Shown in pieces: positions 1 through 12,593 of a DNA stretch of 64,000 nt. The stretch is from Octopus vulgaris (Eukaryota): the NCBI GenBank assembly GCA_951406725.2, contig OX597817.1, positions 134,850,001-134,914,000 of the forward strand. Direction: 5' to 3'. The notes beneath the pieces were generated by a model. The model had not been told where the DNA came from and searched no databases. It saw only the letters and a program-made list of their open reading frames with translations. Each line of letters starts with the position of its first letter. The stretch's first letter is position 1. Made by a program: the position numbers and the translations under genes.

Positions 1-478
1 GTAGTAGTGGTAGCAGTGATGGTGATGGTGATGGTGGTGGTGTGGTGGACATCGTTATCGCCGTTGTCGTGGTAGCAGCGGCGGTGGTGATATTGGTGGC
101 GATGGTGGTGGTGGTGGTGACGATGGTGATGGTGGTGCTGCTGCTGGTGGTGATGTTAGTAATGTTGATAGTTAGTGGTGTGGCGATGGTGAAGTTTTGC
201 AACGTGGAGATGAAGGTAGTGACGCTGGTAGTATGGCGTTAGAGATAGTGGTGGTGGTGGTGGTGGCGGTGGCAGTGTTGTAGCTGTTGTTGTTGTTGTG
301 GTGGTGATAATAGTAGTGGTTGTTGTGATGGTGGTGGTGGTGGTGGTAGCGGTGGTGGCATTTGTTACACGTGCACAGAATTGCTTTGAAGAAAATCCAA
401 TGGCGATGACGTAAGCAGTCGTAACACAGGTTTCCAGATGGAGATCCTACGATAAAAACCACAACAAAATGTGAGAGG

Positions 479-523
<45 letters not shown>

Positions 524-724
524 CGATACACGCATGCGTACTCACACACGCAGTCACGCACATGGATGTACACTCCTATGCATGCACACACACACACAGA
601 CGCACCCACACACACACTCATACACACATAGACACACATACAATACATATATGTGTATACACACAAACACATGCACGCAGGCATATTCACAAACGCGCGC
701 ATACACATGCGTGCACACACACAA

Positions 725-763
<39 letters not shown>

Positions 764-1423
764 TGCATCTGATCTTCAGCAGCGTCAGTTGTTCCATTGA
801 TTACCAATTTCTTCTCACATTCCTTAACGTGCCATTTCTATTGAAGGTAGTCTATGGTGGCGGCGGCGGTGGTTGTGTGTGTGTGTGTGTGTGTTGGGGG
901 TGGGAATGAGATGGCAGTGGGGGTGCTGCTGTTTGAGGCGGAGGTGATGGTGGCGGCAGTGGTGGCGGAGGCGGCGGCGGCGGAGGTCACGGCGGCGGCA
1001 GCGGCGGCGGTGGTGGCTGTGGTGGTGGCGGTGGTGGTGGTGGTGGTAGGAATGGCAGTGAAGGTGGTGGTGCTGGGGACGGTAGGGGGTCGAGATATAA
1101 GTAGGGTATCCGCTTGCGTTATTTCGTTACATATATCGAAACATTTCTGTAATGAATTTACCACTCAGCTTCTCCCTCCTCCTCCTCATCCACATCATCA
1201 CCATGATGATGATGATGATGATGATGATTCTCATCATCATCATCGTCGTCGTCGTCGTCTTTGTTGTTGTCGTTATACTCATCATCATCATCACCACCCC
1301 ATCATCATCATCATCGTCATCACCATCATCACCACCCTATCATCAACATCATCATCATTACCACCACCATCATCATCATTATCATCATCATCACCATCTC
1401 CACCACCATCATCATCACCACCC

Positions 1424-1458
<35 letters not shown>

Positions 1459-1580
1459 CCATCACCACCATTATCATCACTACCACCTTCATCATCATCG
1501 TCATCACCATCGCCACCTTCATCATCAGCACCACCATCATCATCATTAACACCATGACCACCACCACAACCATCACCATC
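1..1580. repeat. Compound microsatellite tract: (GGT)n, (CA)n, (GGC/GGT)n, (CAT)n
   Basis: Directly visible simple repeats; they explain the poly-V/H/S/I ORFs in the track. Confidence 0.95.
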
Positions 1581-1999
1581 CTCTTCCCTGTGATGCACGT
1601 GGCTGTTCTGCTTTACCCCCACCCCTCCGCCTCCCATTCAATTTTCTTCTTTTCTTTCTTTATTCCCTAAATCTCTTCTTTCTCTTACAAATGGTTCTAT
1701 TGGTGAGAAATTCTTTCGATAAAAAAATCTTTCGAACTTTCTCAATATTATTCCGTTCAGTATCACATTAGTCCAAATCGATAACGCTGTTAGATTATAA
1801 TAACTGAGATCGATGGTTCGATCCTTGTCACTACCACTTCTCTGTCACCATAGACAGAGGACTCAGCCTTCACCGCCGCCTTCACCCTACATCTCGTAAT
1901 AAAGTTTTTGTGAGAAAATCTCAATTTAATTCTTTCGTAAACGTTCTTCTAAATGCGATGGAATATCTCTGTAAAAACAGCGCGATTGACGTACCTATA

Positions 2000-2160
2000 G
2001 GAGTGACTGTGTGGTAATAAGCTTCCTTCCCAACCATACGGTTCTAGGTTCAGTCCCGCAGCGTGGCACCTTAGGCAAGTATCTTCTACAATAGCCTCGA
2101 GGTGACCAAAGGCTTGTGAGTTGACTTGGTGGACGGAAACTGAAAGAAGCCCATCGTATA
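2000..2160 (+). mobile_element. tRNA-derived SINE family B, 5' half
   Basis: gtgtggtaa...ggttcagtccc A/B-box-like head, ggcaccttaggcaag and gacggaaactgaaagaagccc; same sequence in the full copies at 22493 and 31240. Confidence 0.85.
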
Positions 2161-2316
2161 TATATATATATATATATATAAGAAAATAGTAAAGAGTGAA
2201 AAAACGACAGAAGGCTTAAATGTTAAAAAATATATATATATTTGTGTCAAAATGTCTGGAGAATATTGGAAAAATTTTTTTCCTTTCCTTAAAATGACAT
2301 AATTTTATAATTTTTA

Positions 2317-2356
2317 AAGAAATTACCGGTTTCGCGTGTAGCTTTTCAAATTTCTT
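2317..2356 (-). ncRNA. Minimal type-I hammerhead ribozyme, U3-A8 variant (inverted copy)
   Basis: Exact reverse complement of 3170-3209. Confidence 0.7.
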
Positions 2357-2404
2357 GTGACGTTATGTTTATATTGCATGGAGTTATCGTTGTGTTTATT
2401 TTCA

Positions 2405-3034
2405 GGACTACCTTACATATCTACATACAACCCCAGAAACAAAGAAGCCTTCACCATCATCACCCAGAATTTACCAATACTTCATAAAAACCCAAAATTA
2501 AAGGAAATTCTAAACATACACCAAATCATTAAAAGCTACAAACAGCCTAAATCACTTAAAAAGATTCTCACAAAGGCAAAATTGTCTTCTGAAATTACGG
2601 ATGCAAAAGTAAAAAAATGTGGTAGATCGAACTGTGCAACATGCCCTAACCTGCTAGAAGGATCAGAATTCCTCTTTAAAGAGGGACAAAAATTCAGGAT
2701 CAAATCTAACTTTACTTGCGCCTCTGAAAATATAATTTATGTCATTAAATGCTCGGGTTGCCACCAACGCTACGTGGGTTCCACGGGACTATCACTCAGG
2801 CGTAGATGCACACTGCATCGACAACAGATTGCATTCCCAGAATATAGAATGATACCTTTTAGTGAGCACATTGAGAAATGCGCAAAGCAACTACTGCCAC
2901 AATTTTTAATCTTCCCATTTTACCAATGTGCTTTCGGATCATCAACACAAATGAGACTGAACAAGGAAACATTCTTCATTGAAAAGTACAAACCCAGACT
3001 CAACCATCCGAACATACTGACACAGAGAAATTAA
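2405..3034 (+). pseudogene. C-terminal GIY-YIG endonuclease domain of a Penelope-like element (open frame, N-terminus missing)
   Basis: LPYISTYNP linker, KCGRSNCATC cysteine motif, IIYVIKC...RYVGST (GIY-YIG), RRRCTLHR and RLNKETFFI...PRLN. The first ~16 codons of the track ORF come from the inverted repeat. Confidence 0.85.
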
Positions 3035-3169
3035 CAAGGGAAAGGAAAAAAAAATTTAAGCGATTATCTCCCTTACACCGGAAGAAATCAACTCACTACC
3101 TCCCCTTATTTAGAAATCTCCTGAAAATAAACACAACGATAACTCCATGCAATATAAACATAACGTCAC

Positions 3170-3209
3170 AAGAAATTTGAAAAGCTACACGCGAAACCGG
3201 TAATTTCTT
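3170..3209 (+). ncRNA. Minimal type-I hammerhead ribozyme, U3-A8 variant
   Basis: aagaaat-TTGAAAA-gc(tacac)gc-GAAA-ccgg-TA-atttctt: 7-bp helix I, short helix II, palindromic helix III (ACCGGT), GUA cleavage triplet. Confidence 0.72.
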
Positions 3210-3387
3210 TAAAAATTATAAAATTATGTCATTTTAAGGAAAGGAAAAAAAATTTTTCCAAATATTCTCCAGACATTTTGACACAAATATATATTTTTTT
3301 TTTAACATTTAAGCCTTCTGTCGTTTTTTCACTCTTTACTATTTTCTTATATATTCACCCACGTGCTTTACCAAACAAACTTTCTTA

Positions 3388-3444
<57 letters not shown>

Positions 3445-3482
3445 GAAAGAAGGTTTGAAAATGCAATTTAAAAGGTGTTTAT

Positions 3483-3527
3483 TTACTTTACCGGTTTCAC
3501 TCTTTGGAAAAAGATTGTCAAAAGTAA
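3483..3527 (-). ncRNA. Minimal hammerhead-like motif, U3-A8 variant, in a different Penelope-like terminal fragment
   Basis: Minus strand ttactt-TTGACAA-tcttt(ttcc)aaaga-gt-GAAA-ccgg-TA-aagtaa. Confidence 0.62.
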
Positions 3528-3589
3528 CATGTGGAAGTTTGGTTGCGTTAATTATTGGTTGTTTCAAATTGCTACATTACATATATATA

Positions 3590-3965
3590 TATACAGTCTT
3601 TGGTAACAGGGACATGTTAAGGACATAAAAAAGTTCAACATGTTCCTTAAAATATTGGGCATAAAAGATTACATAAATAATCGTTCTCAAGGATATACTT
3701 AAGATAGCTTCCAGAAGGAATTGATATTGGTACTGTATCTGTATATTCAAACATGCACAGAATATTGGTCGACACAGAGTACTATAATCCATATAAATAT
3801 ACAGTCTTTGGTGACAACAGTATGTTGAGAATATAAAAAAGTTTAACAAGCTCATTGAAAAAATGGGCAGAAAAGATTAAAACAAATATATTATACATCT
3901 CAGGGTAATTTCCAGGAGGAATTATTAAAAAAAGTTCAGTATACACATACAGAATATTATGAGTT
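3590..3965. repeat. Diverged tandem duplication of a ~205-bp unit
   Basis: tatacagtctttggt...aaaaaagtt.aac...gggca.aaaagatta...ttccag.aggaatt...acagaatatt occurs from ~3590 and again from ~3798. Confidence 0.75.
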
Positions 3966-3992
3966 CATATATATATATAAATATATATAAAT

Positions 3993-4064
<72 letters not shown>

Positions 4065-4066
<2 letters not shown>

Positions 4067-4282
4067 GTGTGTGTGTGTCTGTGTGTGTCTTCGTGTCTGT
4101 GTTTGTCCTGCACCACCGCTCGACAACCGGTGACGGTGTATTTATATCCCCCGTAAATTAGCTGTCCAGGGAAGAGCAACCGAAAGGATAAGTATCAGGC
4201 TTTTCATTCGACAAAAAATTCTTCAATGCGGTGCCCCAGAATGGCCGTACTATATTAACGGAACGAAGTAAAAGATAAAAGA
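4065..4282 (+). mobile_element. SINE family B, 3' half (partner of 2000-2160)
   Basis: (TG)n then accgctcgacaaccggtg...ataagtatcaggc...gcggtgccccagaatggccg...aagtaaaagataaaag, matching the 3' half of the copies at 22493 and 31240. Confidence 0.8.
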
Positions 4283-5052
4283 CTTCGTTTGTCAGAAAAA
4301 CTTGCAACTCTTGTTATTTTGTGATGTAAGATGTGAGGGAGGGGCCTGTTTGCTTATTTGGTAAATCAGTCGCTCCTTAATCACAATTTAAATGGTGGTG
4401 ACGATCCCGAGGTGCACATAAGGTCTGTCCATCCAATAGGTGGGACTTCATATCGATGAATGAGGTCAGTGCATTGGAAGGCCCTGACGTTGTACGCATT
4501 CTCTCTTGATGACCCCTGAAAGTACTGGCGTCCGGCATGCAGAGCTATCGACTGGCTACAATTGCACGATCAAGCTGATTACAAGTCTCTGAAACAGCGG
4601 TACTCAACCGCAGTTCCCACCGTCGCATACAGCACTCAATCATCCTCCCGGAGGCCCAGACGATCTTCCCTCGATTACAATCACTTGTGTGTTATTTTAC
4701 TTTGTTTTTTCGTGCAGCCTACTTAAAAACGCGTAGTTTTAGAATTGGCCCGGATATTTAAAATGTTAAGAACCACTGCTCTGTAAGCCGAACACTTAGA
4801 CGCTTGATGTGTCTACAGCGGGGACAGAAAAATCCCCGACACTAGCTGCTCAGACGTAATTTAGCTGAGATTAGGCGGATAGTAATATTGCCGGCATATG
4901 CTTTACCGTTTTGTTTACAATTACCCTCACAGCTAGGACCCGTGCACGCCGTGCATTTAGGTTCGAGTAGTTTGTAAACCTGTAAAATATGGGAAGTCAT
5001 TTTGTATCACTCTATTTAATGCTTTTGCCAATCAAAACGTTTATCGAATAGG

Positions 5053-5170
5053 GTGGCCAGTCTTACCCAGAAATGGGCAGAGAGGAAGCTGTCCCTGAAA
5101 GATCAGGCAGAGGTAGCGAATGCCTACATCGCTTGCGTTATCATTGATCACCTGACTGTCGTGCCCTGCC
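5053..5170 (+). mobile_element. Small Tx1/L1-type LINE fragment
   Basis: QKWAERKLSLKDQAEVANAYIA...LTVVPC matches the translation of the Tx1-like copies near 26790 and 29080. Confidence 0.75.
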
Positions 5171-5173
5171 TTG

Positions 5174-5480
5174 CCCTGAATAAGGGTTGTTTAGGGATGG
5201 TGAACGAAAGAGCCATGTATCCATGTGTGAATTATCCAAACTCCAAAGAATTCTTCTCAACACACGGCTATGATGCTCTCCCACTACTTCTTCTCGTGAT
5301 CAGAGATGCACATATCGTCAGCCACTAAGGGTTAAGGTCAAACAAATGACAAGCAAATCTGCGGTATTTAGCAGAGTATTTGCTGTAGCCCATCTTTTAC
5401 ACTAAGTTAAAACATATACATGTTAACACTTCCAATCAGTTAAGATCAGAAAGCACGCGAGTTATTGTCTGGCTCTGCAT
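5174..5480 (-). mobile_element. Partial, diverged copy of the ~540-bp (TAA)n-embedded non-coding element
   Basis: Matches part of 20559-21097 with deletions; abuts (TTG)n/(TTA)n at 5481-5725. Confidence 0.8.
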
Positions 5481-6330
<850 letters not shown>

Positions 6331-6734
6331 AGAAAGAGGAAAGTGAGTAATATTTGTTTTTACGTGTTATAAGAATAATTTTGCATTAAACTGAAGGATT
6401 ACTCAATACTTAATATAAAGTACATATTTATCAAATTTTTGCAGCTGTGGTGACTGTGACTCCGAAGTTTCGGCCTTGTAACATTTATATGTGTGCGGGA
6501 TTGGGGAGGGTCAGTCAGTGCTAAAATACTTAATGTGGCAAATCAAATAACATTAACTCACTAAAACTACACCTTCAGTGAGATGACAAAGTTATTTCGC
6601 CTTCGGTGAAAAGTAAAACTATTAGCTTTTTTCAACTTGCTATGACAGGAGGAAAGGACAGTGTCTGGAGGAGGGGACAAGAGGAAGGGGCAGGGCCCAT
6701 GACAATTTCAGGTCCTCGAGACAAAGTGGTTTAT

Positions 6735-7070
6735 TCTGTTTAAACTATTACATGTCATTATCTATCGGAAAGATAATATCAGGGATGAGATTCCAAAGGG
6801 TTGATGTTCTGGTTCTGGGGACTAAGGACTGTGTATACTGTTTAGAGCAAGGTCAGGATAGAGTTGGTCACAAGTGTCTATAGAGATGCTGGGACAAATA
6901 GGTCGGGGATTGGGTTGGGTGATCAGTGGCGGTATGAGTCCTGCTAGATCCGAGGAGCAGAGGCCATTATAGAAGCGATAGAAAAGGCAGAGAGAGGAGA
7001 AGAGAGCATTCATGTAGGGTAGAGGCTGGGTGATTAGCAATCAGTCGAGTTGCCCTTCTCAGGATGCGAA
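6735..7070 (-). mobile_element. Degraded CR1/L2-group LINE, ORF2 C-terminus
   Basis: SSLCLFYRFYNGLCSSDLAGLIPP and, in another frame, TSTLWNLIPDIIFP resemble the conserved SLFYRY..G.CS.EL..LIPP and RT..LWN.LP motifs. Confidence 0.65.
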
Positions 7071-7604
7071 CTATGCTCAACCATTAAGGCTATCAAATAT
7101 GTTATCAAATATATCATAAAATGAAGTGATCAGCCAGTCTTCGGAATGAACAGACATTAGGAGATCACAGTTTTTGACAGGTAGATATATCGAGCTACCT
7201 GAAGCTATTGTCTCATTCCTGAGATTCCCAATTCACCTGAGAAACTCACATTCTGTTCGCCTTTAAGCGCTTCTTACCAAAACCAAAAAGTTTTCCTTTG
7301 TGGAACTTTGCATACGTGATCCATTTTGAAAAACATGGTGCTTTACGGCCGTATGCTCTCTGCGTAGTAACAGATCTAGAAGCAATACGCCATTGTATGT
7401 CTTGCCCCTTTCTAAATTAATTCTCCATTTATATAATTAAACATGTGTTTTAAATAATTCAAGACACTGACCAGATGCTGCTTATGTATACTGAGAAAGA
7501 ATGTCTATTGACATATGACTTCCCCACATAGCTTTCATTTTTTCCCTAAGTTTCTACTAAAAGCCTGTGATGATCTGGCTAATTTTCAATATTTTATAAC
7601 TAGA

Positions 7605-7790
7605 AGGCGGTAAACTGGCACAATCGTTAGCACGCCTGATTGCGTTCTGATTTAAAATCGCGCTGAGGTCGAATTTGCCTTTCATCTTTTTGAGATCGAT
7701 AAAATAAATACCAGTTGCGAAATAGGCCCGATGTAATCGATTACACTCCACTCCAAATTTGCTGGCGTTGTGCTAAAATTTGAAATCAAT
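7605..7790 (+). mobile_element. tRNA-derived SINE family A (Meta-domain-like core)
   Basis: ggcggtaaactggcacaatcgttagcacgcc head and gcctttcatctttttgagatcgataaaataaataccag core. Confidence 0.75.
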
Positions 7791-9101
7791 ATTATTAGAA
7801 ACAATTATTGTACCTAGAGGACTTAATCTCATTCGTCTTCCTTCCCTGCAAAACTCGGTCTTCCATCTGTTATACTACGGCTGCTTTAGAAGATGGACAA
7901 TTTTGGGATACAAAAAATATTTTTAAAAACGCGTTTTCTACGCCTGTAAATATCGTGCTAGGTTTATTTGAATTAACAAAACAACAGTTATTTATTAATG
8001 AACTAATCTTTACGAGTATTCTCGACGTACTAGTTATAACAGCCAAGTTTCCTTCAAAATACACCCGAACGTCATTTAAAAGGAAGAACATATATCTTGC
8101 GATTCTGGATCCGAATATTTGAAAAAATGATGGAATGGTCACATCTGGAATGTCATTGGTCATAAATTTACTCGTTCAGGTCTTGCCTGGAGCTAAACAA
8201 TAGCAGCAATGCACAGAAGACAATTGTATCGTTATTACTTCCGGTCCAGCTGTCCAGGATAGTCACGAACTTGAAGATGGTTAATGAACAATGGCCGCTT
8301 AATCTGTTCATAAGACATTAATATACATCAGCGTTTACACCAGGGAATACAATTATATCATTGAACACAATTAAAATATTCCTTGCTACAGATATCTTTA
8401 ATGAAAGGTGAAATATATTTATCGGCTCAAATTGAGAAGAACCTAAGAAGATGTCGAAATAATCTCAGCCACAATTTCATCATCGATTCTTCCATACCTG
8501 ACACTGTCGTAAGTATTGTTAAAGAGATAACAAGAGAATGGCATCAAATATTTCTGTAGGATATATTCAAATGTTCATTCACAAAACATCAGTTTATAAC
8601 CACCTTACATAGCTACCCGTTCGTTTTTCTGGATATATCTTTTAACTGTTGATTATTCTGCTTTATTATTCTTTTATTCTTTTATTCTTTTAATGGTTCC
8701 AATCATAGGACTGTGGCCATGCAGGAGAAACACATTAATTTATTTCTTATCAGTCTTGTTGTTGCTTTATGGATGGAAGTTAATCGATGATTGAGTTTGT
8801 AGCAGCTGATCTTCCTTGAATGGTTGATTGGTCCGACATCGTCACCAAGAGTTTATCCAAAGTTTTTTCAGTGTTTGTATAGAGGTTCCTTTATATTTCT
8901 TTTGATTCTTTTCTTTCTTTTTTTTGTTAGGTAGGCAGTTTGACAGTTGAAGATCCCTAAGCATCAGACTGATACAACAGAGTATTTTTTTTTTATCGTG
9001 ATTTCGAAGACGGTATATCCCGATGCTGAAAGTGTTTATCAGTACGTGTATTCAAATTCTCTCTAAATCCGACGTTCGGAACATGCCCCTTCCAGGATTT
9101 A

Positions 9102-9177
<76 letters not shown>

Positions 9178-9624
9178 GGGTTCAAAAAAGTAGAGACGCA
9201 TGGCATTCAGACGTTCAGGTTATTTGGAATTTTTACTTAAGTGTTTTAGTTTATATTTCATGCGCGGATGGGGAAATGCGGAACAGCGGGAATCCAAATA
9301 ACATATCTATTCATTTTCAGTACTTTTCTAGAAGATTCGAATATCAATATCTGATTGATGTTGCTTTTCGTCATCAGAGAATATCACCAACATTTTGACA
9401 GTGTTCATAACAGATGCAACTCACCGGTGGAAGCGGACTTTGCGTCACCGCGTTGTTTCGATCTAATTGTGTGTCTCAGAGTCCCTTACACCCGTGAATC
9501 GCATGTGTTATAAACTCATATATTGTAAGGGGAGGAGGAGATATCCTCCGATGAATAAAACCAACAGTGATCAGATGTTCATGCTCCCATAAACTAGTAA
9601 AGAATGAATAGATACATAATTGCT

Positions 9625-9960
9625 TTTAGGTAGAGACCGAATCGTCGGGCCACCCCGATACGGGTGCACTCATCATCTAGAAGGATACCAGTAGATAAAT
9701 AGGGCAGTGAATTGAGCCAGGCTCCGCTATTTGGCTGTGAGACGGAACAGAGGCAGGCAAGGCGGTGCCGGTCTAGTGATGTTTCTAACCGTTCGAGGAT
9801 AGATTTGCATCTGATATCATCCCAGTTGCGTTGGACATCCATATTCTGGGGGACAGCGAGTCAAATCGACTTTGGTTGACTCTGGTACCTGAGTCACATC
9901 AGCTTCAGCTATCCCGTGGAGTATCTCGCCATTGATGGAAGTGACCAAGGAAAGATAGAC
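9625..9960 (-). mobile_element. CRE-clade non-LTR retrotransposon fragment
   Basis: RLACLCSVSQPNSGAWLNSLP..STGILLDDECTRIGVARRFGL resembles the CRE-type SGAWL.ALP....L.LDD..RIAVA.RLG motif upstream of the zinc knuckle. Confidence 0.7.
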
Positions 9961-10467
9961 CAGTAGAGGTCCACTGCAGATCTCCTAGGGTTTCTGCACG
10001 GAGCAAAGCATCTTTGATGTTTATTTTGCCCAACACCCTGAATGTTCAAAATCGTTTCAGGCGTTTATCGTCCACTCGAATAGTTACATAGACTCCCCAG
10101 GGGTCAATATTGACAACTTTGCCAAACCTTGACTTACTTAATTACATTTTGAAGTTCTTTGTTATTGTTGATGTTGTCATCGTCGTAACAGCGTTTTTGT
10201 TGTCATCACTGTGAATCTAGTTCATAAACAGTTTTATCACATTTTTATGTTCAATGATTTTTTTTAAGTGGATATTGAAACCAGAAAAAGACTAAGAAAT
10301 AAAAGAACAACATAAATGCATCTAACGCCCTACCACACCCTTTATCCCCGAGGCCCATATAAAATTTTCCACACCTCCCAGAAAACAGTGCCGCCATATT
10401 TGGAAAGCACTGCTCCACAAGGTCAATTACTCTGTTAGAAAGAGCGACCACTCCTAAACTATCCCCT

Positions 10468-10690
10468 ACTGTGTGGTAAGAATTTTGCTTCCCAGCCGCT
10501 TGACAACTGGTTTTGGTATGTTTACGTCCCCGTAACTTAGCTGTCCGACAAAATATAGCGATAGAATAAGTACCAGGCTGAATAGCAAAATTAAGCACGG
10601 GGTTCATTTATTCCACTAGAAATTCTTCAGCGTGATGTGTCCTAGCATGGCCACGGTCTAATGACTGAAACAAGTAAAAGATAAAAGATA
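10468..10690 (+). mobile_element. SINE family B, internally deleted (head fused to 3' half)
   Basis: gtgtggtaagaattttgcttcccag joined to cgcttgacaactgg...atgactgaaacaagtaaaagataaaag. Confidence 0.75.
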
Positions 10691-11024
10691 ATGGATTACG
10701 TAGTTGACTGTTCCAATGTCAGAAGGTTATTAGGATATGTGCTCGAAACTGATGGTCATGGATGGAAATTCCCTGTTTGGTCAATGTCAATTTGTAGCTA
10801 AACAAGTGATTCAAATTCCTCAGCCTTCCGTGAGTGAACGGAAATGCAATGATGCACAAACGTTTAAACAATCCTTTTCCTGCCAGAGGAAGCGAAACTC
10901 GTCCATTAGCCTAAAATCACTCACATTTCAACTCCAGCCTCTCAACCACAGATTTCTGTGTTCTTTCTCTACTTTTTGCTACGGTCATCATATTTGCTTC
11001 TGCTTTTCTTCAGTGTCCCTTAAT

Positions 11025-11232
11025 ATTCTTTTCTACAGAGCTCGATATTTTGGGGGAGGGGGTCAGTCTATTAGATCGAACCGAGTACGCAGCTGGTACT
11101 TAATTTATCGACCCCGAAAGGGTGAAAGGCAAAGTCGACCTCGGCGGAATTTGAACTCAGAACGTAGCAACAGGCGAAATACCACTAAGCATTTCGCCCG
11201 GCGTGTTAACATTTCTGCCAGCTTGCCGCATT
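11025..11232 (-). mobile_element. SINE family A
   Basis: Reverse complement of the ggcggcgagctggcagaa...gcctttcaccctttcggggtcgataaattaagtaccag consensus. Confidence 0.85.
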
Positions 11233-11261
11233 AATGTTCGTTAATATTGCATTCCCTCCAA

Positions 11262-11476
11262 TGGCGGCGAGCTGGTAGAAACGATAGCACGCCGGGCAAA
11301 ATGCTTAGCAGTATTTCGTCTGATGCTAGTTCTTAGTTCAAATTCCGCCGATGTCGACTTTGCCTTTCATCATTACTGGGTGGAAAAATTAAGTACCAGT
11401 TGTGTACTAGGGTCGATCTAATCGACTGGCCCCCTCCCCAAAAATTTCGTGCCTTGTGCCTAGAGTAGAAGACAAT
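11262..11476 (+). mobile_element. SINE family A with target-site duplication
   Basis: Full head, core and tail; aatattg(c/t)attccctcca duplicated at ~11243-11260 and ~11474-11491. Confidence 0.85.
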
Positions 11477-11850
11477 ATTGTATTCCCTCCACTCAAAAAG
11501 ACCGACTCAATAGTGTTTCTTTATTTCCCTCTCTCTTCACCTGTGCAGTATCTAATTGGCGTGCATTAACCATTAATCTGTCCTTTCTCCCAAGACCGCC
11601 AAATTTCTGCTATCTCAAAACAGCTATGAAGTCCAATAGATGTTAAATACCTGAAGGACTATCTCCACTTTAAATCGCCTGATCTTACTGCCACCGTGTC
11701 GCTGAATGGTTTTAGCAGAATACAGACGGACACATGCATACATGTTTCCATCTCTCAAATCCAGTGTTCCTGTCGGCATTTTCTTCTGAATATCTTCCTT
11801 CCTTCCATCCTTCCTTCCTTCTGTCATTCATTCATTCAGTTCTTTCCTTC

Positions 11851-11889
<39 letters not shown>

Positions 11890-12533
11890 CCAGTCATGGA
11901 GACACTAAAAAACGTCATAGTCGTTGTCCCTGTTTCTGCGGCCAATGAAAAGGCAAATTGCATTCTCTTCGCGTTTCAGAAACGAACTGATCCACGGAGA
12001 TGAAACTTGAGAACAGTTTCCACATCATTGCCTCGAATAAAAGACAACAAGAATTTTGACCAGGCGAGGAATAGAACTGGCGCTGCAGCTTCGGGGATCT
12101 GAACATCACGAAAATGAGTTGCATTGAGGCAGGAAACTTAATCAGAAAACTCACAACAGAATGAACACCGCTTAAAAGTACCTGGATGCCAGGATGAGGA
12201 GGAAGTGATGATGGGTGGCTGAGGTGGTAGGGGTGGTGGTGTTGGCGGTGGTGGTGGTGGTGGTGGTGGTGGCGGTTGTGGTTGTGGTTGTGGTGGTGGT
12301 AGTGGTGGTGTCGGCGTCTGTGATGTTTAACTGATCGATGGGTTAAATCTACCGCAAGTACATCTCTAGTATATGAAGAATCGCCGCAATTACCACCATA
12401 TTTCCATGGTATTAATAATTCAGTTTCTCACAGCATACGTCTCCATCTACTTTCCTGATTGTCTTTGGAAATCAATAATAGCTTGTGTTGGCAGTCAGGT
12501 CTTAAACATCTTCTGATTCTCCCCCTCCTCCTC

Positions 12534-12593
<60 letters not shown>

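Larger units (their letters stand above)
2181..3388 (+). mobile_element. 5'-truncated Penelope-like retroelement with inverted terminal repeat (arms ~2181-2407 and ~3119-3347), inserted in (TA)n
   Basis: Near-perfect ~230-bp inverted repeat around a GIY-YIG ORF remnant; (TA)n on both sides; hammerhead motif in each arm. Confidence 0.9.

Noticed and set aside
7808-8130. Possible L1/Tx1 C-terminal remnant (FW...NIVLG...INELI...AK)
   Set aside because: The similarity is too weak to call without a profile search.
11890-12195. Unique sequence after a pyrimidine tract and CAG, resembling an exon
   Set aside because: The pyrimidine tract is a (CTTT)n microsatellite, frames close quickly and no protein is recognisable; RNA-seq is needed.
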